Below, piece after piece: positions 9,401 through 15,966 of a stretch of 64,000 bases of DNA (positions are counted from its first letter, which is position 1; the number at the start of each line of letters is the position of its first letter). The DNA is from Pseudomonadota bacterium (GTDB lineage Bacteria; Bdellovibrionota_F; JAHFAK01; JBDREC01), in assembly GCA_043820105.1 (NCBI GenBank), contig JBDREC010000095.1:28898-92897 (forward strand). Direction: 5' to 3'. The notes below the pieces were generated by a model. That model saw only the letters and a program-made list of their open reading frames with translations. It did no database searches and was not told the origin of the DNA. The translations under genes and the position numbers were made by a program.

Positions 9401-9973
9401 CTTGGTTTATCTAAACATGAGCTAACGGCATTAATGTTATACACTGGATCTAATTTTGAAGATATTAATGGAGCATTAAGAAAAGAAATTAGAACGCAAG
9501 CACCATCCATAACAATGCTACTTGGAAAATCTAAAGAAGAATTAAAAGCATTAAGAACATTAGTTAGCTCAGCATTAAGAAAAATGCCAAGCCAAGAAGG
9601 TCAAGTTTTTAGAGGTCAAAATTACAGAAGAGAATTGATAGAAACCCTTAAACCTGGAGATCTCATGAAAGATCCAGGATACTTCTCAGCATCTACTTCA
9701 TATGATGTAGCTCAAGAATGGTCACAACAATATAAATTGTATAAGCACCCTCAACCAGTCGTATTTAAAATTGACCACAAAGGTGGAAAAAATATTACTG
9801 ATTTTTCATTCAATCCTACTGAAGACGAAGTACTGTTTAGAGACTCTACCGCTTTTAAAGTTTTATCTATTGATAAAAGCGGGAATCCGTGGATAATACA
9901 TATTGAGGAAATTATTAACAACAAACAGAGGCAATTGGCTAATTGGTTTAAGTTATTTGAAGAGGCCGCTTAA
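6455..9973 (+). CDS. secreted multidomain toxin with C-terminal R-S-E ADP-ribosyltransferase (C3/VIP2-like) domain
   Basis: Signal peptide MKKQNIIVLFSSILILIIILNHNLRA/QD. Cys-rich N-terminal region and two hydrophobic/Gly-rich stretches. C-terminal motifs are YTGSNFEDINGALR, VFRGQ, FSASTSY and TEDEVLF. The ORF-track start at 6395 is probably too far upstream (RBS GGGAAGAGA precedes 6455). Confidence 0.85.
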   Translation: MKKQNIIVLFSSILILIIILNHNLRAQDACTDLQTYRSSFVVDSSEKYDKWNMGALSEMISEPGLIDKWRSWSYETWWGTDHTSGGNRYDDVISPACRIMLAKVATAEMDKYISLQEAFCQDGSTQKHRCEGEAELKKIKTQQAKLKAQTNKMAQVISSQFGSLPPMVQKSNTDSNGNAAKYYDFDCSNSRWCSKQQSGVNTAAETVTSSRQEINHNNNQVLEQMQRSSSSSRTCPNEAVIELSNEILNDIPYTPSKEKKHFRDLCKQDPIGPQIQSYGYKMSYDPDGDLAATGSSLLGAVSELGGIYGKAARIAGFDTHIDSINTGQKRSTLTSFKETLMKNQWAYMNTEERNAAQSTLEKSGLSGDESLSMTAPYVGDNKRGTANHMSYFKDLSKLDPSKPDDFIPYMSSSLFKKHIADKADNGEKWIPEAAKLCIILDKEENIDEMGKMAREMVLGTVISGILMSATAASRGSSYATTTAIGIGVDSSIFAKSYMTARSDYREALEKRHLVGDEHIEEMRQRLENAESEALWGMGFSIAINGITGGGGAMFTQNMGRSLIKNVSGEFTEKGAKAAEDYLRNELKRSLWGKELIGAMKKFLNEAGTGAIGKLKKSLVKYLKKKGIPTDQAEEVFNIIVKVLKDEAEEGLELASKASTAQTSSRASATMSRPAIQGAAHELTTKNIDDLASARMARSVYPVREVFENASLGQKERLARAAADLGMNKFSRKQSAALIAAHNIGSNESESVFRYTSKQLSEKLNILKNGGFTLKEAKMLMQKGYAGSLGTQNKIVDLGGGLKINTKKVDKHYSYTLKNPKIVGKREHKLIKAAILEKARQAFDSTVIADSSEMALRKGFLKQVDNSVDKMFSAGRLSFNSIDEFSKKRKILWNMYKDQHSKALKKRKSRVKIIDVKHFPASSNQTGSQAIKKIASSKDNLELVLKKRYDDAVRYADENWEEIFDDLELDLKGKPQTKQKANELGLSKHELTALMLYTGSNFEDINGALRKEIRTQAPSITMLLGKSKEELKALRTLVSSALRKMPSQEGQVFRGQNYRRELIETLKPGDLMKDPGYFSASTSYDVAQEWSQQYKLYKHPQPVVFKIDHKGGKNITDFSFNPTEDEVLFRDSTAFKVLSIDKSGNPWIIHIEEIINNKQRQLANWFKLFEEAA

Positions 9974-10285
9974 ATCTTTTCCTATTTGACTTGAAATCAC
10001 TCTAGTCTATTACAACCACATGGATATAAAAAAACCATTAAAAACTCTAATCCTGAAAAAACTATCAAAACAATCTTTTATTTTTTACTTTAAACTATAG
10101 AAAAAGGATGATAAAACACATACATCTGGCCGATTATCATGACAATCGGCAATAGATCAGAATTTTTTTTATTATACTACTCAAATTAAAAACTTACTAA
10201 CGTTCCAAACGTTTGATATATTAACGTTATGGACGTTAAGACAACAAATAAACTAGGATGCATACAATGCTGAACAAATAGGATT

Positions 10286-10495
10286 TTGCAGTCAAAGGAA
10301 CATGAAATTGATTTTGTAACTTCTGATAATGAATTAATTGAAGTAAAATCGGAAAAGGCTTCTCCAATGGATTTCACATGGTTTAATATAGTTTTTCCTA
10401 ATAAAAGATTAACCGTTATTTGCAAAACACCATTTGAAACTGATACTATCAAAGGAATAACTATTGAAGATTTTTTATTAGATGATGAAAAATAA
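10286..10495 (+). pseudogene. C-terminal remnant of a DUF4143-type AAA+ ATPase gene
   Basis: HEIDFVTSDNELIEVKSEKAS parallels REVDFVVLRNKKPLFAIECKSKNR at the C-terminus of the intact ATPase (12643..13785). No N-terminal P-loop part is present upstream. Confidence 0.5.
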
Positions 10496-10532
10496 ATTTT
10501 GACATCGTTTCAATTCAGTTTATAACAATCCC

Positions 10533-11270
10533 ATGGATATAAAAAAAATAATAAAAGAATATAAATCTGGAAAAATTTCTGAAGAGGCTTGTTTAAAAAA
10601 GCTTAAGGACCTTCCCTATTCTGATCTTGGTTTTGCAAAAATTGATCATCATAGAAAGCATAGAAAGGGAAACTCTGAAGTTATTTATGCTGAAGGCAAA
10701 ACAGCTGATCAAATAATTGCCATTACAAAACAAATGCAATCAACTGGTGAAAATATTTTGGCAACTCGAGTGAGCTCTGAAATATTTGAAGCTGTTTCAA
10801 AAGAAATCAAAAATCTTGAATATAATGAAATAGCAAGGACCTTTACTTATATAAAAACTAAGAAAAGAAAAAAAGGCAATGTTTCTGTAATATGTGCTGG
10901 CACTACAGATTTGCCAGTGGCTTATGAAGCCTGCGTTACAGCTGAATTTTTAGGAAGCAAAGTAACACGGCTTTTTGATGTAGGAGTAGCTGGAATTCAC
11001 AGACTCATTATGAATAAAGTTGTAATTGATAAAGCAAAAGCTTTAATCGTTGTAGCTGGAATGGATGGGGCCTTACCTTCTGTTGTTGGAGGACTTGCAA
11101 AAGTTCCTTTAATAGCCGTTCCAACAAGTGTTGGATATGGAGCAAGCTTTAATGGCGTTGCACCTTTATTAACAATGCTAAACTGCTGCTCACCTGGTGT
11201 AGCTGTTGTTAATATTGATAATGGTTTTGGCGCTGGATATATGGCGCATATGATTAATAGTGGTAAGTAG
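10533..11270 (+). CDS. larB: LarB, pyridinium-3,5-biscarboxylic acid mononucleotide synthase (PurE/AIR-carboxylase-like)
   Basis: 245 aa. Has an N-terminal helical segment, then a PurE-like core (VSVICAGTTDLPVA...VVAGMDGALPSVVGG...VPTSVGYGA). Confidence 0.8.
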   Translation: MDIKKIIKEYKSGKISEEACLKKLKDLPYSDLGFAKIDHHRKHRKGNSEVIYAEGKTADQIIAITKQMQSTGENILATRVSSEIFEAVSKEIKNLEYNEIARTFTYIKTKKRKKGNVSVICAGTTDLPVAYEACVTAEFLGSKVTRLFDVGVAGIHRLIMNKVVIDKAKALIVVAGMDGALPSVVGGLAKVPLIAVPTSVGYGASFNGVAPLLTMLNCCSPGVAVVNIDNGFGAGYMAHMINSGK

Positions 11271-11340
11271 TAAGTCGTAAGTCGTAAGAATAACAACTCA
11301 TCTTCTTACTTACGACCTACAACTTACGACTTACGACTTC
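11262..11340. repeat. GTAAGTC-type heptamer inverted repeat (long hairpin) between larB and larC
   Basis: Left arm is GGTAAGT AGTAAGT CGTAAGT CGTAAGA. A 13-nt loop follows. Right arm is TTCTTAC TTACGAC CTACAAC TTACGAC TTACGAC. The larB stop codon TAG (11268-11270) is inside the left arm. Confidence 0.9.
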
Positions 11341-11354
11341 ACTAGGGTTTATTA

Positions 11355-12524
11355 ATGAACACAATTCTATACATCGACTGCTTCGCAGGAATCTCTGGCG
11401 ATATGTTTTTATCATCAATGGTTGATCTGGGGGTTCCCAAGGAATATCTACTTAATGAGCTGAAAAAACTAAATCTTCCAGGGATAAATATTGATTTTGA
11501 AAAAGTCTTAAAAAAGAGAATTAATTGTACTTACCTTATAAATAATATTAAAAAAGAAAAAGCACACCGTTCTTTTCTTGAAATAAAAGAATTAATTCAA
11601 AATTCAGCTCTTTCTGATTTTGTTAAAGAAAAAAGTGTTGAGGTTTTTAAAAAGCTTGGCCTAGCAGAAGCAAGAATCCATGGCACATCCCTGGAGGCAA
11701 TACATTTTCATGAAGTTGGAGCACTTGATTCTATTTTAGATATTATTGGAGCCTGTATTTGCATTGACTACTTAAAAATCGACAAAATTTTTGCTTCTAA
11801 AATTCCATTGTCCCGTGGTCAGATGACCTTTAGCCATGGGTGTTTTCCATTTCCTGCTCCAGCTACCTGCGAAATATTAAAAGATGTACCATGCTATAAC
11901 ATAGATTTGGATTTTGAAAATGTAACACCAACAGGGTCTGCAATTTTATCATGCTTTGTTGAAAAATTTGATCACTTCCCTGAAATGACTTTAAAAAACA
12001 CAAGCTATGGAGCTGGCACCTTTGAAACAAAACCAGGGCAACTGCCAAATGTATTAAGACTCATATTAGGTGAAAGCCATGAAAATCAAAAAATCCATTC
12101 AGAAATCCAAATAATTGAAACAAACATTGATGACATGAATCCTCAGTTTTTTGAAGTGGTGATGGAAAAGCTTTATGAAGCCGGGGCTCTTGATGTTTAC
12201 ATTAATAATATAATAATGAAAAAATCTCGCCCAGCATTTGAACTTAAAATCATAAGCCCAATCGAAAAAGTCGATGCAATATCTGAAGTCTTATTTAACG
12301 AAACAAGTACAATCGGAATTAGAAGCTACAAAGCACAAAGACAATGTCTTCAAAGAGAAATCAAGGAAGTTGAAACCCAGTGGGGAAATGTAAAAATAAA
12401 AAATTCCATCTTTAAAAACAAAATAGTAAATAACTCAATTGAGTATGAAGATCTAAAAAGAATTTCAAGTGAATCTGGTCTTAGTATAAAAGAACTATCA
12501 AAATTCATACAATCAAAAATCTAA
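11355..12524 (+). CDS. larC: LarC, nickel-pincer cofactor nickel insertion protein (DUF111)
   Basis: 389 aa. MNTILYIDCFAGISGDMFLSSMVDLG and HFHEVGALDSILDIIG are typical of LarC/UPF0272. Confidence 0.8.
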   Translation: MNTILYIDCFAGISGDMFLSSMVDLGVPKEYLLNELKKLNLPGINIDFEKVLKKRINCTYLINNIKKEKAHRSFLEIKELIQNSALSDFVKEKSVEVFKKLGLAEARIHGTSLEAIHFHEVGALDSILDIIGACICIDYLKIDKIFASKIPLSRGQMTFSHGCFPFPAPATCEILKDVPCYNIDLDFENVTPTGSAILSCFVEKFDHFPEMTLKNTSYGAGTFETKPGQLPNVLRLILGESHENQKIHSEIQIIETNIDDMNPQFFEVVMEKLYEAGALDVYINNIIMKKSRPAFELKIISPIEKVDAISEVLFNETSTIGIRSYKAQRQCLQREIKEVETQWGNVKIKNSIFKNKIVNNSIEYEDLKRISSESGLSIKELSKFIQSKI

Positions 12525-12546
12525 GTTCTTTCTTTCTTCCCAAATT

Positions 12547-12645
12547 AATTATTATTTATTATTTATTAATTATTGGTTATTTTATAAACCATGTGAACCC
12601 ACAAAATTTTCAATAACCAACAATCAATTTTCAATTCTCAATTTA
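12547..12645. repeat. second copy of the AT-only heptamer hairpin element
   Basis: Left arm is AATTATT ATTTATT ATTTATT AATTATT GGTTATT (12547-12581). The right arm ends in the 26-nt core 12618-12643, identical to 3296-3321. It again lies between convergent gene ends. Confidence 0.85.
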
Positions 12646-13785
12646 AGGCATTCCCAGCTCTTTACAAAACACAGTAAAAGGCAAAACTCTTCCAGTAGTT
12701 TTTTCATTTCCAAAGTCTTTATCTTTTCTATGAACCTGATAGAAATTTGGAATATCAGTTCTTTCTTTAAAATATTTAATATGTGGTGAAATACCTCTAT
12801 TTTTGCTTTTACATTCAATGGCAAATAATGGTTTCTTATTTCTTAAAACTACAAAATCAACTTCTCTTTTGTCAGTATCTCTAATAAACCTTAATTCCAT
12901 TAAATCACCCTCAGTATCTTCAATAAAATGACAATATTTTAAGAGCTGACAGGCAACAAAATTTTCAAATCTATTACCATCATCAGAAACCATGCTCCAG
13001 TCCCAGAAATAAAGTTTCTGTTCTTTTTTGACAGCTCTAATTTTAGGTGCACCAAATGGGGAGATCCTGAAAGTAAGATACATAGAATCTAAGATATCAA
13101 GCCATTTAGCTGCAGTTTGAAAACTTACTTGCAAATCTTCTTTTAAGCTTCCAATAGATAATGGCGAACCAACACGATCAGGTAAACTTTCAACTAAGAG
13201 TTGAATCAAACTAATGTCTTTTACATTTTCAATATCATTGATATCAGTATAAACAACCCTAGTTAACCTTTCTCTTTGCCATCTCTTTTGAGTTTTTTTA
13301 TTTGCAGAAAGAAAAGGTTCAGGAAACCCACCATATTCAAGCAAGGCTTCCATGTCACTATGATTGGGATCTTTATTAAGCTCCATTAATGAAAATGGAT
13401 GTAGTCTATAATAAAAATATCTGCCAAACAAAGAATCACCACCTTTTCTATAATGATCAAGTCTTGCTGAACCGGTTACAATAAATGAAACATCGCTCTT
13501 GTTATAATCATAATGTCCTTTCAATAGATTTCTCCACCGTGAATACTTATGAATTTCATCAAAAATTATTATTTCTTGCTTGGAAGGCAATTCTCCTTTT
13601 ATAATCGAACTTCTTTGGTGCTCAATATCCCAGTTTAAATATGCCTTGTTTTTTTCAGATGGAGGATCTAAAAAACTTAAAGCCAAAGTGGTTTTTCCAA
13701 CTTGCCTTGGGCCACCAATAAAAACCATCTTCTTTTCTATATCTTCATTAATATATGGTTTTAAATACCTAGTCTTTAGAGACAC
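12643..13785 (-). CDS. AAA+ ATPase with C-terminal DUF4143/PD-(D/E)xK-like domain
   Basis: 380 aa. Walker A is GGPRQVGKTT and Walker B-like is IIIFDEIH. The C-terminal segment REVDFVV...AIECK is nuclease-fold-like. Confidence 0.75.
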   Translation of the reverse strand: MSLKTRYLKPYINEDIEKKMVFIGGPRQVGKTTLALSFLDPPSEKNKAYLNWDIEHQRSSIIKGELPSKQEIIIFDEIHKYSRWRNLLKGHYDYNKSDVSFIVTGSARLDHYRKGGDSLFGRYFYYRLHPFSLMELNKDPNHSDMEALLEYGGFPEPFLSANKKTQKRWQRERLTRVVYTDINDIENVKDISLIQLLVESLPDRVGSPLSIGSLKEDLQVSFQTAAKWLDILDSMYLTFRISPFGAPKIRAVKKEQKLYFWDWSMVSDDGNRFENFVACQLLKYCHFIEDTEGDLMELRFIRDTDKREVDFVVLRNKKPLFAIECKSKNRGISPHIKYFKERTDIPNFYQVHRKDKDFGNEKTTGRVLPFTVFCKELGMP

Positions 13786-13988
13786 AAAACCTCCATTAGC
13801 ATTATTAACATAAGTTAATTATACTCATGAGTATTTTTAAGTCAAGTTAATTCTACTAACGCACCCAAGAGCGTGCATAAATGATGTCAATTTTAATATA
13901 ATTTTTACATAAAACTCAATACAAAGCTTTTTTAATATAATTCACTAGCATAACCAGTTGCATTTTAAGTCTTTTCCCCGAAAGACCC

Positions 13989-14566
13989 GTGTGGCATGAA
14001 AATTGGTGCACATCTAAACAAAGTGGCAGAAATAGTAATGAAGAAATAACACAAAGAGCAATTGATGATAATAATAAAAGATATGATGAATTTGAAACAC
14101 AAATAGCCATTCAAGAACATGATAAAATATGCAACCCAAATGCTCTTTCTGACCTTGAGTCCTGGATGATGCTTTTTCAGCAGTAATAGGTTCTTTTAAA
14201 AAATCAAATCCTGACAATAGCTCTCAAATGCTAGCAAGCACCTCATCAAGAAGTGCTGCACATAGTATTGGAATAGGGAACATGGACAATATTGCAACTT
14301 CAAGAATTGCCAGGTCTTCGGTTCCTGTTGAAAAGGTGATGGCAAATGCTGCCCTTGATGAGGCCGACAGGCTAGCTTCCGCTGCAGCTCATATTGGAAA
14401 GAAAAGGCTTTCACAAAAGCAAAGCGCAGCCCTAATAGCTTCTCATCAAGTTGGAGCTGATGAAGGTGGATCAGTTTTTAGATATACCCAAAAGCAGCTT
14501 CAAGAAAAGTATAGGATTTTGACAGATGGCGATTTTACTCATAAAGAAGCAAGGGAAAAAACATAG
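13989..14566 (+). pseudogene. frame-broken, shortened paralog of the toxin gene (N-terminal piece plus conserved helical module)
   Basis: ORF 14228..14566 aligns with toxin residues encoded at about 8415-8815, with roughly 48 of 88 positions identical by eye. ORF 13989..14186 weakly resembles the toxin N-terminal WxExW...C region. The pieces are in different frames, and there is no signal peptide or ART domain. Confidence 0.6.
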
Positions 14567-14568
14567 AA

Positions 14569-14943
14569 ATGCAATTTGAAAATATACCATTTAGATCAGA
14601 CCAAAATGTTCTATTCAAGCGAGACTTTATAGAGGGTCTTAATAATAGTAGAAAGCATTTAACATTTGCAAGTGGCAGTGAAGGTGTAAGCGCTGAAAAT
14701 CACATGATACAGGTTTTAGACATTAGCTATAAAGATTCTGTAGCAAAAGGTCATGTTGAAATTACGGAAGTTGTTTTAGTAGACCAAATGAATAATAATA
14801 AAGTTTATAGGTTTAACAACTTCCAAGAAGCATTAGAATATTTTAACAATACAACTGGAACATTAGTATCTAGTCAATTCATTGACACAACTACAGGGCA
14901 AGCCTTAGGACCTGATGAGGTTTTAAAAAACATAGTAAATTAG
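14569..14943 (+). CDS. hypothetical 124-aa protein, possibly the third fragment of the decayed toxin paralog
   Basis: The ATG lies 2 nt after the stop of the preceding fragment. LFKRDFIEGLNNS..FASG weakly parallels toxin LRKGFLKQVDNS..FSAG. No recognisable domain. Confidence 0.4.
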   Translation: MQFENIPFRSDQNVLFKRDFIEGLNNSRKHLTFASGSEGVSAENHMIQVLDISYKDSVAKGHVEITEVVLVDQMNNNKVYRFNNFQEALEYFNNTTGTLVSSQFIDTTTGQALGPDEVLKNIVN

Positions 14944-15010
14944 GAAGGGACAAGCTCTTCCAATACAATCAAATTATTAATTGCCAATAGTAAATTATCA
15001 ATGAACAATA

Positions 15011-15035
15011 CTTACCACTTACCACTTACCACTTA
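15011..15035. repeat. (CTTACCA)x3.5 heptamer array
   Basis: Perfect tandem CTTACCA CTTACCA CTTACCA CTTA in the spacer upstream of the hemolysin-III gene. Confidence 0.9.
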
Positions 15036-15109
15036 AACAATTCCCTTGCACTACCCACCCCAAATAAGTATAATAATTCGCTTTCAAGGGGCGAGGAGTC
15101 TTTTTTACA

Positions 15110-15784
15110 ATGGCACGAGTATATTTACATAACGCTAATGAACTACCCTTTCGTTCAATTCGCGAAGAGTTATTAAACTCTCTTATCCATGGTATAGGTC
15201 TAGCTTTAAGCATAGTTGGGCTTTGCATTCTTTTAATGATAGCATCAGATAGAGGCACTTCATGGCATCTTGTAAGCTGCGGAATCTTTTCTTCAGCTTT
15301 AGTTATGCTTTATTTATCATCAACCCTTTATCATGGTTTTCAATCAGGTCTAGCTAAAAAGGCTTTTAGAAAACTTGATCATTTTAGTATTTATATTTTG
15401 ATTGCTGGATCCTACACACCGTTTGCTTTAACTATTTTAAAAGATAATTATGGCCTTTATCTATTTTATACTCAATGGGGGCTTGCTTTTATTGGAATTA
15501 TGTTTAAGTTCTTTTTTGGATATAGATATGATTTTCCATGCACGATTGCTTATGCAATAATGGGCTGGGCTGCTCTATTTTTAATAAAACCATTAATGGA
15601 AGGTCTTCCAGGTTTTGGATTTTTGTGGCTTTTAACAGGTGGCCTTTTATATACTTTTGGAATTCCCTTTTACTTTAAAGATAAAAAAGCCCCCTATTTT
15701 CATGCAATTTGGCATATTTTTGTGCTTTTAGGTTCTGCTTGTCACTTCTTTGCTGTGCTGTTTTATGTTATTCCAACAAGCTAG
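15110..15784 (+). CDS. hemolysin III / PAQR family membrane protein
   Basis: 224 aa with seven hydrophobic helices. LYLSSTLYH, FSIYILIAGSYTPF and HAIWHIFVL are typical of the HlyIII/YplQ family. Confidence 0.85.
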   Translation: MARVYLHNANELPFRSIREELLNSLIHGIGLALSIVGLCILLMIASDRGTSWHLVSCGIFSSALVMLYLSSTLYHGFQSGLAKKAFRKLDHFSIYILIAGSYTPFALTILKDNYGLYLFYTQWGLAFIGIMFKFFFGYRYDFPCTIAYAIMGWAALFLIKPLMEGLPGFGFLWLLTGGLLYTFGIPFYFKDKKAPYFHAIWHIFVLLGSACHFFAVLFYVIPTS

Positions 15785-15834
15785 TTAATTGTCCCCTTAA
15801 AGTCCCATATACTATAGACAAACAAGAAAATACT

Positions 15835-15856
15835 TATGCTTTAACATAAAAGCATA
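15835..15856 (+). terminator. weak stem-loop downstream of the hemolysin-III gene
   Basis: TATGCTTT-aacata-AAAGCATA is an 8-bp stem. No clear U-run follows, so it is tentative. Confidence 0.25.
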
Positions 15857-15909
15857 TAAATTGCAGACTTAAGCAAGTGATAATATGAGATAATTGCTAT
15901 AAATATCTA

Positions 15910-15925
15910 TGGCATATCAATTGCA
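15910..15925 (+). promoter_or_regulatory. sigma-54 (-24/-12) promoter upstream of the S41 peptidase gene
   Basis: TGGCAT-ATCAA-TTGCA has correct GG/GC spacing. It lies 42 nt upstream of the GTG start at 15967. Confidence 0.45.
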
Positions 15926-15966
15926 AATAAACCTAAGAACTTTATAATTTTTTTGGTTAAACCTAC

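Noticed and set aside
9974-10285. Immunity gene (ARH, macro-domain or small acidic protein) immediately downstream of the ART toxin
   Set aside because: There is no ORF of 60 codons or more on the plus strand. The 88-aa minus-strand ORF 10186..10452 is antisense to the ATPase remnant and looks spurious.
12624-12824. 66-aa minus-strand ORF overlapping the ATPase 3' end
   Set aside because: It is an alternative frame of the ATPase gene that terminates in the repeat element (..RIEN, as in trmL ..IIEN). This is an artefact of the repeat.
13985-14003. Sigma-54-like TGGCAT-GAAAA-TTGGT
   Set aside because: The -12 GC is replaced by GG, and the site lies inside the toxin-paralog fragment (codons WHENWC). 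It is probably fortuitous.
4860-14950. Search for transposase, integrase, tRNA-flanking att sites or IS ends that would define the accessory island as a mobile element
   Set aside because: No recombinase-like ORF or terminal inverted repeat was found. The only scars are the 32-nt direct repeat at 10.0/10.5 kb and the heptamer arrays, so no mobile_element feature was called.
15019-15258. 79-aa minus-strand ORF overlapping the hemolysin-III start
   Set aside because: It is antisense to a well-supported gene and its 3' end is the CTTACCA repeat array. It is a shadow ORF.
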